Below are positions 21,939-34,500 of a DNA stretch of 64,000 bases, piece by piece. Source of the DNA: an uncultured delta proteobacterium (GTDB lineage Bacteria; Desulfobacterota; RBG-13-43-22). Location: assembly GCA_963790475.1 (NCBI GenBank), contig CAWBOS010000012.1, forward strand, positions 480,001 through 544,000, read 5' to 3'. Under the pieces are notes generated by a model, which searched no databases, was not told the DNA's origin, and saw nothing but the letters and a program-made list of their open reading frames with translations. The position numbers and the translations under genes were made by a program. Position 1 is the first letter of the stretch, and each line of letters starts with the position of its first letter.

Positions 21939-23802
21939 CTAGAGGTTGGACTGGGGGAGAGGATGGGGTTTCCGGGTCGGGTGGAAGAGAGGGGCGTCCC
22001 GCTCCCCTGGGGGGCAGATTAAAATAGGCCTCAAAAATCTTGCGGGCTATCGGAGCGGCGGCCTCACCGCCATGCCCCCCGTGTTCCACCACAACAGCTA
22101 CGGCCAGTTGAGGAGATTCCAAAGGGGCAAAGGCCACAAACCAGGCGTGGTCACGGCCTCCTTTTTTCCCCAGGCTGACCACTTGGGCCGTTCCTGTTTT
22201 TCCGGCGGCAACAATCCCCCAAAGTCGGGCCGCCCCGCCGGTGCCTCCAGGTTCATTAATTGCACCGGCCATGCCCTCCCGAATTAAGCGGAGATTCTCC
22301 GGGTTTACCGGAATCGATCTGATAAGCTGAGGGCGAAATTCCTTGAGTACATTCCCTTCCGGAGAAACCAATCGTTTCACCAGAAAAGGACGAAAGATCC
22401 GGCCTCCATTGGCAATCGCCGCCGTGGCAACCGCCATTTGTAAAGGGGTGGTCAGATTATAGCCCTGGCCGATGGCCAGGGACAGGGTTTCCCCCGGTTG
22501 CCAGGGGGTTTTGTATCGTTTCAGTTTCCACAGCGAGGTGGGAATAAGGCCGCTTTTTTCCGGATTCAGGGCAATGCCCGTCGGCTGTCCCAAACCAAGA
22601 AGCTGGGCATAACGGGCCAGGCGATCCACACCCAGGCGGTTGCCCACATTATAAAAATAGACATCACAGGACTGGACAATGGCCTTGTGAAGATTGACGG
22701 CCCCATGTCCCCCTTTTCGCCAGCAATGAAAGACCCGGTTCCCAAAAGGGAAGGAACCGTTACAGTAGAAAATTGTCTCCGGTGTTATCACCTTTTCTTC
22801 CAATCCGGCCAGGGCGGTGATCATTTTATAAGTAGAGCCCGGAGGATATTGTCCCTGGATTACTCTGTTTTGAAATGGTTTCAGGGGGTCTGAAAAAAGG
22901 GCATTCCATTCTTTTCCTGAAAGTTTTCGGGTGAATGTGGAGGGATCAAAATCCGGGGAGCTGTGCATAGCCAGGATTTCTCCGGTCGCGGGATTCAAGA
23001 CCACCACCGCCCCGGATTTTCCTTTAAAGGCTTCTTGGACCGTTTTCTGGATATTCCAGTCCAGTGTAGTCACCAGATTATTTCCTGATATTGATTCGCG
23101 GGTGCCCAGCAACTGAATCTCTTGCCCGATGGCATCCACTTCCATGAATCGCCCCCCCTTTTTTCCGCCCAACTCGGCCTGCCATTCCTTTTCCAGTCCC
23201 CATTGGCCGATAAAATCTCCCATCCTGTTTTCAGGGTACTGGCCGCTCTTAAGCTGTTTGGAGGTTATCTCTCCCAGATAACCGATTACATGAGGGGCCA
23301 CCGGCCCCAAGGGATAATTCCTTTGAGGACTCACTTCGATATAGACCCCGGGGATCAGATATTTAAAGGTCTCCACCCGGCCTAATTCATCCTGGCTCAT
23401 ATCTAACTTGATCGGAATGGGGTGGATGGGGCTGACCTTTTTCTGATCCAGGCGTTCTTCGATCTGTTCCTGGTCCATGTTGAGCAGGCTGCCAAGTTGT
23501 TTTTTGAGCAGGTCCCAGTTATGAACATCATCGGGAATGATATAAAGATTAAAGGAATGCCGGGAATTGACCAAGGCCTCTCCGCGATGGTCAAAAATAA
23601 TCCCCCGGGCCGGGCGAATGTCAAAAACCCGGATACGGTTGTTTTCCGACATTTTTTTAAAATAGGCGCCTTTGAAAATCTGCAGGTACCAGAAGCGGCC
23701 GGCCAAACCAAGGAAGATCAACAGTATGGTAACGGTTGTTATCCAGAATTGCCTTTGTAGATCGGCCGGTTCTTTTTTTTCGAACAAGGGGATAGGGGAC
23801 AT
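21919..23802 (-). CDS. mrdA: Penicillin-binding protein 2 (in frame with mreD in this sequence)
   Basis: PPGSTYK (SxxK), SCD, KTGT motifs. Confidence 0.95.
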   Translation of the reverse strand: MSPIPLFEKKEPADLQRQFWITTVTILLIFLGLAGRFWYLQIFKGAYFKKMSENNRIRVFDIRPARGIIFDHRGEALVNSRHSFNLYIIPDDVHNWDLLKKQLGSLLNMDQEQIEERLDQKKVSPIHPIPIKLDMSQDELGRVETFKYLIPGVYIEVSPQRNYPLGPVAPHVIGYLGEITSKQLKSGQYPENRMGDFIGQWGLEKEWQAELGGKKGGRFMEVDAIGQEIQLLGTRESISGNNLVTTLDWNIQKTVQEAFKGKSGAVVVLNPATGEILAMHSSPDFDPSTFTRKLSGKEWNALFSDPLKPFQNRVIQGQYPPGSTYKMITALAGLEEKVITPETIFYCNGSFPFGNRVFHCWRKGGHGAVNLHKAIVQSCDVYFYNVGNRLGVDRLARYAQLLGLGQPTGIALNPEKSGLIPTSLWKLKRYKTPWQPGETLSLAIGQGYNLTTPLQMAVATAAIANGGRIFRPFLVKRLVSPEGNVLKEFRPQLIRSIPVNPENLRLIREGMAGAINEPGGTGGAARLWGIVAAGKTGTAQVVSLGKKGGRDHAWFVAFAPLESPQLAVAVVVEHGGHGGEAAAPIARKIFEAYFNLPPRGAGRPSLPPDPETPSSPPVQPLVEEEHD

Positions 23803-24297
23803 CAACTCAACGAGGGCTTCTTCCCTAAAAAGGTTCTTAAAGAGATAAAACAGCGGCAGACTCACCAGCATAGTGATGACTGATTGAACTATAATCAAGA
23901 AAGACTGGTATCGGGTAAGTTCCAGGTTATTGGAAAGGGTTAGAAAAAAATAGGACGCAAAACCATACAGGATCTGTAGAAGCAGGACTGAGAAAACCAT
24001 AAAAAAAATGGATTGAATTGTGGTTCGAGTCCAAACCAGATGGACTATCCAAACGATCAGCGGATATAGAATCATGGCCTTTCCCATTCCACCCCAGGAC
24101 AGGATATCCACCATCGTGCCCAGCAGGAGACCCAAGAACAGACCCAAACTCAACCGATTCTGGGTGCCCAAGAAAATAACCAGGATAAAAAGCAGGTCGA
24201 TGCGAAAGGGATTGATGGATTCCCCGTACAACCAGGTGGATTGGAGAACCAATAGGCTTAATCCCAAGATAAAGAAAAAGAAAAAATCTTTAATCAT
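23803..24297 (-). CDS. mreD: Rod-shape protein MreD (reads through into mrdA)
   Basis: ~165 aa multi-TM segment between mreC and mrdA. Confidence 0.85.
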
Positions 24298-25138
24298 CTT
24301 GGGCGCTCTCCTGGTCCGGTATGGGGGGCTTTTTTTGAAAAATCAGGACCTCCTCAATCTGTGAGGCTTTACATTCCGGGACCACCTCTACAAAAAGAAA
24401 AATGCCCTTGACCCTTGAATCAACATGCAGGACCCGGCCCAGAATCAATCCCTTGGGGAAGACTTGATCCAGACCCGAGGTGATCACGATATCTCCGGCC
24501 CGAATGTCTTCGGTTCGGGCTATATATTTCAACTGACAATTCCCTCCCCCGGGAATGCCGGTCAAGACCCCGCGAACCCTGGAGCGCTGAATAAGACAAT
24601 CCACGGCGAAGCCGGGATCATTTAATAATAGGACTTGGGAATAATGGCCGGAAGTCTTTTCCAGTCTTCCTACCACTCCCTCCGGCAGGAGAACAGGCAT
24701 ACCACGGACTAATCCGTCTCTTCGGCCTTTGTTAATAAAAATGGATTGTAAAAAGGGGGAGGGGCCTCTTCCCACCACTTCGGCCACCTGAGAGGGGCCG
24801 GACAACCGGCTTTTAAGCTGCAAGACCTTTCTGAGCCGCTCGTTGGCCGCCCCCATTTCCCTTAACCGGATATTTTCCTGTTTCAGTAGGGTCAATTGTT
24901 TCTTAAGGCGTTTATTTTCCTGCTGGGTTTGGGTCAAAAAAACATAATGGCTCCACCAGGAACCGATACCGGTTTTAATAGAGTTAAAAACCGAGAAGAC
25001 CGGTAGGATTCCGTCCACCAGCGAACTTTCCACTGGAAAATAGTCTCGTCCGCTCCGGGAGATGGAAGAAAAAAAGGCCAGAAGGACCAATAGGGTAAGC
25101 CAGACAAGGAGAACGGTTCGGAGTTTCTTAATAACCAC
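24290..25138 (-). CDS. mreC: Rod-shape protein MreC
   Basis: TM plus coiled coil, INKGRRDG, VITSGLDQVFPKGL. Confidence 0.95.
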   Translation of the reverse strand: MVIKKLRTVLLVWLTLLVLLAFFSSISRSGRDYFPVESSLVDGILPVFSVFNSIKTGIGSWWSHYVFLTQTQQENKRLKKQLTLLKQENIRLREMGAANERLRKVLQLKSRLSGPSQVAEVVGRGPSPFLQSIFINKGRRDGLVRGMPVLLPEGVVGRLEKTSGHYSQVLLLNDPGFAVDCLIQRSRVRGVLTGIPGGGNCQLKYIARTEDIRAGDIVITSGLDQVFPKGLILGRVLHVDSRVKGIFLFVEVVPECKASQIEEVLIFQKKPPIPDQESAQDD

Positions 25139-25210
25139 TCGATGCTCCCTTATATCTTTGAAGCTCCCCGCAATCCCTTTGGGGGAAGGGGTTGCTCTCG
25201 CTTCACATTC

Positions 25211-26260
<1,050 letters not shown>

Positions 26261-26546
26261 TTATAAGTTTATATTAAAAAAAAATATGATATCAAACTTT
26301 TCCTTTTCTTTCAAGCTTTTTAAAATTAACCGCTTTTTAACGGAAATCATCGTTTTCCGGTTTAACCCGGAAACCTTACTTTTTCCATGGCATTTCTTAG
26401 GGAAAGGGGCAATCAGAGCTAAAGATAAGGTCAAGGAATTCAATCAAGTTAGACAAATTGGGGAGCCCATAAAATAATCCTCGACGCCATCGGTTAAAAA
26501 GGGCATGATAAAATTAGAAAATGTTCAGCGGACGGGAGGATTCATT

Positions 26547-26906
26547 ATGCGAGTCATAAAAATCAATGAAATAAAAAAAGAGGCCATCCGCAGTCCATTG
26601 TTTACCGGATCGGAGGTGACCCGGCAGGTCCTTTTGCCGGACAGCCGGGAATTCAATGTTTCGGTTGTTAATTTCGGCCAAGGGGTGCGCAACAAATTTC
26701 ATGCCCACGACAGCGAACAGATCCTGATCGTCACTTCGGGGAAAGGTTTTATAGTGACCGAAGCAGAGAAGAAGGAGATCACCGTAGGAGATGTAGTCAT
26801 CATCCCTGCCGGTGAAAAGCACTGGCATGGGGCAACGGGAGACGCCGAGTTTTCCCATATTTTCGTTTCCAGGTTGGGAAGCCAAGTCACTCAATTGGAG
26901 GAATAG
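26547..26906 (+). CDS. Cupin-domain protein
   Basis: FHAHDSEQIL and GDVVIIPAGEKHWHG cupin motifs; GGAGG RBS. Confidence 0.88.
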   Translation: MRVIKINEIKKEAIRSPLFTGSEVTRQVLLPDSREFNVSVVNFGQGVRNKFHAHDSEQILIVTSGKGFIVTEAEKKEITVGDVVIIPAGEKHWHGATGDAEFSHIFVSRLGSQVTQLEE

Positions 26907-26993
26907 GAGTTTTTGCCAAGTGACCGCTGTCATGAAAAATGATGGAGTTGACAAGCGATTTTCAATTTTGAATATTTTCGAGGAGGTGCTTAA

Positions 26994-27866
26994 ATGAATC
27001 AGCGTCAAGCCTACCGTTCTTTTGTCAGCTATATGGATCGCAGCCGGGAATACTACTCCGCTCAGGGTTACACCCAGCCCTACACCTGGGCCCATTACCA
27101 TGAGGTTCCCTTCGCTTCGCTCCGGAAACCGCTCTCCCAATGCCGGGCAGGTCTGGTGACCACCGCCGGACGAAAAGACACCATAGGCTCAGGTCAGGTC
27201 CTGCCCCGGGAGCTTTATGCCCAGGAGGTCGATCCCGTTCCGGCCCGAATGTACACCAACCATCTTTTTTGGGACAAGGCAGCCACCCATACGGAGGACA
27301 TCGATAGTTTTCTCCCGCTGCATCGCCTGGCTGAATATGCTGATACCGGGCGCATCGGATCGGTTTCACCCCGGTTTTACGGGGTGCCGACCGATTACAG
27401 CCAGAATCGGACCATAAATCAGGACGCCCCGCAGATCCTGGAATGGTGTCGGGAGGATGGTGTGGATATCGCGCTCCTGTCGGCCCTCTGACCGGTTTGT
27501 CATCAGACCGTGAGTCTGACGGCCCGACATCTGGAAGAAAACGGTCTGCCCACCGTGATCATGGGTTCTGCCCGGGACATCGTGGAGGAATGCGGTGTGG
27601 CCCGCTTTGTCTTCACTGACTTTCCTTTGGGTAACCCCTGCGGCAAACCCTGGGATGTTGAAATGCAAAAGTCCATTGTGGGAACCGCTCTGGATTTACT
27701 TGAACGGGCCTGGATGGCCCGCACCACGGTTCAGACCCCATTCCAATGGGAAAATGAAACATGGCGAAAGAATTTCATGCTTGTTGATGACAGCAACCGC
27801 GAAACCCTGGCCCGTGAAGGGGAAGAACGCCGCGGCTTTCAGGCAGAGGCTAAGAAGAAGGGTTGA
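26994..27866 (+). CDS. PrdB/GrdB-like selenoprotein (290 aa; Sec at TGA 27489-27491, UxxC)
   Basis: ORFs 26994-27491 and 27510-27866 are in one frame joined by ALLSAL-U-PVCHQTVSLTARHLEENGLPTV; LVTTAG and DFPLGNPCG motifs. Confidence 0.88.
27492..27526 (+). promoter_or_regulatory. Putative bacterial SECIS hairpin
   Basis: Stem TCAGAC (27503-08)/GTCTGA (27514-19), loop CGTGA starting 17 nt after the UGA with G at loop position 2. Confidence 0.75.
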
Positions 27867-27907
27867 TCCTCGGAGATCAGCCCCCCTGTACAGGAAGAAT
27901 ATGATAA

Positions 27908-28162
27908 ATGGGTTCATTGTTAGAGCAAGACCCCAAAGAAGTTTTTCAAATTGAAGTCTCCTGTTACTCGGGCTACCGCTACGGGGAAAGGCCGGTTTCC
28001 TTTAAACTCCTGGAGAGGACTTTTACCGTCAAGGAGATCATCGACCAATGGTATGGAGAAGACCATCTCTATTTCAAGATCCGGGCTGATGATCAGAGGG
28101 TCTATCTATTGAAATATGATCAAGTTAAAGACCAATGGTCCCTGACGGGGTTGGTTCAATAA
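27908..28162 (+). CDS. Small conserved-looking hypothetical protein
   Basis: YSGYRYGERPVSF...IIDQWYGEDHLYFKIRADD pattern. Confidence 0.65.
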   Translation: MGSLLEQDPKEVFQIEVSCYSGYRYGERPVSFKLLERTFTVKEIIDQWYGEDHLYFKIRADDQRVYLLKYDQVKDQWSLTGLVQ

Positions 28163-28270
28163 AAAGAGGAACCCCCAGCCCCAATCTCCTGGCCATCATC
28201 TCTTTTCTTTTCCAAATTCACTTGGCACTCTATTTCAAATTCTGGATAATCCCCCGATAAAATAAAAAAT

Positions 28271-28299
28271 TTGATTATTTTTCAAGGAGTTGCTATGAT
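28271..28299 (+). promoter_or_regulatory. Putative sigma70 promoter of the helicase-MTase operon
   Basis: TTGATT-17 nt-TATGAT with extended TGn. Confidence 0.5.
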
Positions 28300-28344
28300 T
28301 TCCTCGATGTATCAAGGTGGTGTTCATATTTAATAGGGGAAAAA

Positions 28345-31300
28345 ATGACTTCCGACCTTACCTTCATCACCAATGAATAAAATCGGAATCTCCTGGAGCG
28401 GTTCAGAGTCCTGATCAAGGACACTCGCTTCTTTGATGTTCTGGTCGGGTATTTTTATTCCAGTGGATTTTACCAGCTTTATCCATCCCTGGAGCCTACT
28501 GAAAAAATAAGAATCCTGATAGGGATCAGTACCGACAGACAAACCTTCCAACTAATCCGGCAATCCCAGCAGAACCCCCAGCTTCCCTTCCAGTTTTCCC
28601 ATACGGAGGTTAAAGACCGCTTTTCTGATCAGGTTGCTTTCGAGATGGAGCATTCCAAAGATGAACTCTCGGTGGAGAAAGGCGTTTATGCCTTTATGGA
28701 TTGGCTCAGAAGAGGAAAACTGGAAATCAAGGCCTATCCTTCCGAAAATATCCATGCCAAGCTCTACATCATGACCTTTGCCGAAGGGGACCGGGATGTG
28801 GGAAGAGTCATAACCGGGTCCAGCAATTTCACCCAGGCCGGTTTGATCGAAAATCTCGAATTCAACGTAGAGCTGAAAACCAGGGCCGATTATGAGTTTG
28901 CCCTAGCAAAGTTCCATGAACTCTGGGAAAATGCTGTTGATATAAAAGAAAAGTACCTCGAAACCATCAAAACCAAGACCTGGCTGAATGACACCATCAC
29001 ACCCTATGAACTTTATTTGAAATTTTTATTGGAATATTTCAGAGACAAAATCAATATCGATCAGGAGGAGATTTTTAAAAGATATCTGCCTGAAAATTTT
29101 TTGAACCTTGCCTACCAAAGAGAAGCGGTGCTGGATGCCAAAAGCAAACTTGAAGAATATGGCGGCGTCTTCCTTTCGGATGTGGTGGGCCTTGGAAAAA
29201 CCTACATGGCGGCCATGCTGGCCCAGCAACTGGACGGCCGGAGCCTGGTGATCGCTCCTCCGGTACTTCTGGAAAAGGATTTTACCGGGTCCTGGCCTAA
29301 TGTCTTTTCCGATTTCAAGGTCCATGCTGACTTTGAATCCCTAGGTAAGCTCGACAAATTGATTGAACGGGGAACAGATAAATACCGGAACATTTTTATT
29401 GATGAAGCCCACCGTTTCCGGTCGGAGACCAACATCACCTATGAACAACTGGCCCAGATATGTCGAGGCAAACGGGTTATCCTGGTTACCGCCACACCCT
29501 TAAATAACACCCCTGGGGATATCCTGTCTCAGATCAAGCTGTTTCAGAAGGCCCGAAAGAGCACCATCCCTAATATTTCCAACCTGGAGATATTTTTCCA
29601 AATCCTGGAGAAACGGCTTAAGAAATTAGACCGCAAGAAGGATTATGAAGAATACCTAAAGGTCGTCAAAGAAAATGCCCGGGAGGTCAGGGAAAAGGTC
29701 TTGAAATATCTGATGGTGCGTCGAACTCGTTCAGAGATATCCGCTTATTTTGCCGAGGATCTGCAAGGGCAAGGTCTGAAGTTTCCGGAAGTGGCCGACC
29801 CTAATCCCATTTTTTATGAACTTAATGACCATGAAGATCAAATCTTCCATAAACCATAGAATGGGTCACTAAAAAGTTTAAATATGCCCGTTATACCCCC
29901 ATGCTCTATTTCAAAGGAGAGATTACCCATCCCGAAGAGCTGGCCCAGAAAAATATGGGCAAATTCATGAAAATCCTTCTGGTAAAACGTCTGGAAAGCA
30001 GTTTCCATGCCTTTAAAAATACGCTTCAGCGGTTTATCCGTTCCTATGAACACTTTTTAACCGAGCTTGAAAAGGGCCGTGTTTATGTGAGTAAAAAATA
30101 TATCCATAAGATTTTTGAACTATTGGATAATGATAACGACGAGGCCATTCAGAGGCTGATCGAAGAAGACAAGGCCGTTGAATATAAGGCCGGGGATTTC
30201 AAAAAGGAATTCAAAAAGGATTTGGAACATGATTTGAGATTGCTCAAAGAACTCTCCCGACTTTGGGAGACTATGATCCGGGATCCCAAGATCTTAAAAT
30301 TTATCGATCACCTTAACTCGGAACAGATCCTCAAAGAGAGCAAAATCATCATTTTTACCGAATCTAAAGAAACGGCGGAATATCTGGAGGAAGAGCTGAA
30401 GAATAAATTCGGGGATCACCTTCTGGCTGTCACCGGCAGTTCAAACACCGTGACCCGTCAAAAGGTCATTGAAAACTTTGACCCCGGAGCACGCTTCCCC
30501 AAAGATAATTATCGAATTCTGGTTTCTACCGAGGTCTTTTCTGAAGGGGTCAATCTTCATCGGGCAAATGTGGTTATCAATTATGACCTCCCCTGGAATC
30601 CGACCAGGCTGATGCAACGGGTCGGGCGCATCAACCGGGTGGATACCAAATTTGATATGATTCATACCTTCAACTTTTTTCCCACTCAGCAATCCAATGA
30701 CCAGATCAAACTTAAGGAAGCGGCCGAATACAAAATCCAGGCCTTTATCGAGATGCTCGGGGCCGATGCCCGGCTGTTAACCGAAGGGGAAGAAATTAAA
30801 TCTCATGACCTGTTTTCACGCCTCCTTTCCAAAAAGACCATCACCGGAGAAGATGAAACCGAAGATAGCGAATTAAGATATCTCCAAGTCATCCGCCATA
30901 TACGGGATAACGATCCGGATACCTTCGAAAAGATCAAAAGACTGCCCAAGAAGGCCCGGACGGCCAGGACAGCTTCCCACTCTTTTTATCCCACCCTTCT
31001 GACTTATTTCCATAAAGGGAAACTTCAAAAGTTCTTTTTAGCTGATGATCCAACGTCCGGGGAACTGGATTTCTTAACGGCGGCCAAATGGTTCGAAGTG
31101 GGAAAAGAGACTCCCATGTCCTCAATGGGGAAAGATTTCTATCCGCTCCTGGATAAAAATAAAAAGGCCTTTGAACAGGCTACCTCCGAAGAAGGGCAGG
31201 AATTTGCAGGAAAAGGAGGCCGGGACAGTGCCGCCCAGATTCTACGGATTCTTAAAGTGAATGAAATCCGGAAAGGCAAGGGATTTACCGAAGAGGATGA

Positions 31301-31574
31301 GGACTATATCCAAAAATTAATCCGACTCCTGGAAGAAGGGGGCCTGCCCAAGCAAACGGCCAAAATCGTATTAAAATCCTTAGACCAAGAGCTCAAACAG
31401 GAGATTAATCCTTTGAGGATAATCGCTTTATTGCGGACCAATATTGCCCCGGAATTTTTCAGGGAAACTATGGCCGAAACTGCGGCCCAGACCGCAGGAC
31501 CAAGAGAGGTCATCTTATCTGAATTTTTTATTCCCCCGAGTGACAACCTTTCCGAAATGGAGACTAATGGATAA
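28345..31574 (+). pseudogene. PLD nuclease-SNF2-type helicase fusion with TAA at 28378-80 and a frameshift at ~29850
   Basis: MTSDLTFITNE*NRNLLERF in frame with ORF 28645; HAKLY and GSSNFT (PLD), DVVGLGKT, DEAH, TATP; second frame SEGVNL, YDLPWNP, QRVGRINR. Confidence 0.85.
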
Positions 31575-34500
31575 CCCCGCCGCCAGGAAACTTATCCGGG
31601 ATACCTTCCAAAATCCCTTCGACCGGGGCCGCTATTCTTATTTCATTAAAAACATCTTCAACCGACTCGATACTTCCAAAAATTTTATCAATCGCGGCAA
31701 TTATATCCCCGATGCCTTCAAGCCTTATGTCCACACTTTGGAACGGATTGGAAAATATGAAGATCCGGAAGGTAAAAAGATAGATATCCTGATCGTCCAC
31801 CTGAAAAAGCAGACTTCTCTGGAACAGGCCCGTACCCGGCAGAGAAACTTTATCGCCTGGTATCTGAACGGCAGCCGAGGAGGGGTCCTTAAAGATGCCG
31901 CCTTAGTGGCTTTTTATACCGATAATCCCGATGACTGGCGTTTTTCCTTAATCAAGATGGATTACCGGCTTACGGAAATAAAATCAGGGAAAGTCCGTGC
32001 CAGACAAGAGCTGACCCCGGCCCGAAGGTTTTCTTTTATCGTCGGCCTGAATGAAAACAGCCATACCGCCCAAACCAGCCTGGTCAAGTTTTTGGAAGAT
32101 GATTGCCCTCATCCAACCTTGAATGCCCTGGAAGAGGCCTTTAGCATAGAGAAGGTCACCAAAGAATTTTTCGAGAAATATCGTTCCCTGTTTCTTGAAT
32201 TGAAAGAAGCCCTGGAAAATATCGTTTCCCGCCATGAAGTGGTCAAGAAAGATTTTGACTCGAAAGGCGTAGATATAACCAACTTTGCCAAAAAGACCCT
32301 GGGTCAGATCGTCTTCCTCTATTTTCTCCAGAAAAAAGGCTGGTTTGGAGTGGCCCGGGACAACCCCTGGGGCACCGGTCCTAAAAACTTCCTGCGCCTG
32401 CTTTTTGACGGGAGAAAATACGGTAATTTTTTCAACGACATTCTGGAACCTCTTTTTTATGAAGCCCTGGCCCGGGAACGTGACCAGGATTATTACAGCC
32501 GTTTTGACTGCAAGATTCCCTTCCTGAACGGCGGGCTTTTTGACCCGCTCAATGATTATGACTGGGTCCATGCCGATATTATGCTTCCGGATGAACTCTT
32601 TTCCAACGATTGTAAAACCAAAGAAGGAGACACCGGCACCGGCATATTAGATGTCTTCGATCGATACAACTTTACGGTCAAGGAAGACGAACCCCTGGAA
32701 CGGGAGGTGGCGGTTGATCCGGAGATGCTCGGCAAAGTCTTTGAAAATCTTTTAGAGGTCAAAGACCGCAGATCAAAAGGCACCTACTACACCCCCCGCG
32801 AGATCGTCCACTATATGTGTCAGGAGAGCCTGATCAACTATCTGGCCTCGGAACTGATCGGGTCCTATAGCGATATCTTCCTCCGAAAAGAGGATATTGA
32901 AACCTTTATCCGTTTTGGAGAACTGACCAATGAAAACGACGCCCGGGTGGAAGAAAAAGGAAAGGAAACAAAAAGGTATTCTTACCGTTTGCCTGAGTCC
33001 ATCCGCACCAGGGCCGCCTTGATAGATAAAAAACTGGCTGAGATTAAGGTTTGTGATCCGGCTGTAGGTTCCGGGGCTTTTCTGGTGGGGATGATGAACG
33101 AGATCGTTAAGGCCCGCCAAATCCTCACTACCTATCTTGGCGAGAGTAAGAAACGCACTCCTTATCATTTTAAACGCCATGCCATCCAGAACTCCCTTTT
33201 CGGGGTGGATATCGATCCCGGGGCCGTGGAGATTGCTAAGTTACGTTTGTGGCTGTCTTTAATCGTAGATGAGGAAGACATTAAACAGATTCGTCCCCTG
33301 CCGAAACTGGATTATAAAATCATGCAGGGAAATAGTCTTCTTGAAGAGTATGAAGGCATCAAACTGTTTAATGAAAAACTGATTATGGATAAACCTTCCG
33401 ACGATTCCGAGCAGATCAAGGCCGAATTAAAAAGAAAACAAACGGACTTGCAAAAAGAATATTTTCAGCTTGATGCCCCCAGCAAGCTGACCAAAGTCAA
33501 AAAACAACAGCTTAAGGTAGAGCTGGAGGATATCGCCAGCAGATTAAAAAAATTGGAAAAACAAGAGGGAAGAAAGGAAGAAGATATTCCTCTTTTTGCT
33601 TCCGAGGCTAAAAAGATTGCCGAAGAACTGAAATATCTTCACAAAGAATTATTCGAAGCCTCGCAAAAATCCAGAAAGGAAGAGATCAAAAATCAGATTG
33701 AGGCCATGGAATGGGAGTTGATCGAAGCCACCCTGAAAGAGCAGGGCAAGACCTCTTCTCTGAAAGACCTCGAACAATACAAGAAAAATAACACTCGCCC
33801 TTTTTTCCTCTGGAAACTCCATTTTGCCGAAGTCTTCCAGGAAAAGGCCGGATTTGATGTGGTCATTGCCAATCCCCCTTATATCCGCCATGAAGGAATA
33901 AAATCCATCAAACCCCAACTGGCTAAGGCCTTTGGAGAATTTTATTGCGGCACCGCCGATATTTATACCTATTTTTATAAATGCGGGGTTGACCTGTTAA
34001 GGACTGACGGCCATCTCTGTTTTTTCTCCCCCAATAAATTCATGCGGGCTGGTTACGGCAAGAATATCCGAACCTTCCTGACCACAAAAGTTACTCCAAA
34101 AACGATCATTGACTTTGGTGACCTACCGATCTTTGATGCCACGACTTATCCAGCTATCCTGCTCGTGGGAAAAAAACGGGCTGGAAGTGAAAAGGCTTTC
34201 GCCGCCACCTTCACAGAACCTTCCCAACTTGAACGAGTTGAGGAAACGCTGGACCAAATCGGTTTTCCAATCTCTATTTCCTCCCTAAAAGAGAATGGAT
34301 GGAATCTGGAATCCCAGGAAGTGCAGGCCTTGATGGAAAAACTGCGAGGAGTCGGGGTCTCCCTTGGAAAATATGTGAAAGGGCGTTTCTATTATGGTAT
34401 TAAGACTGGCCTTAACGAAGCCTTTGTGATTGACGACATCACTCGGAGGAGATTAATTGCCGGAGACCCAAAGAGTACGGAACTGATCAAGCCCTGGCTC

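Noticed and set aside
31444-31566. Earlier TTG start for the MTase
   Set aside because: Overlaps the helicase by 130 nt; ATG 31567 has an RBS and coupling geometry
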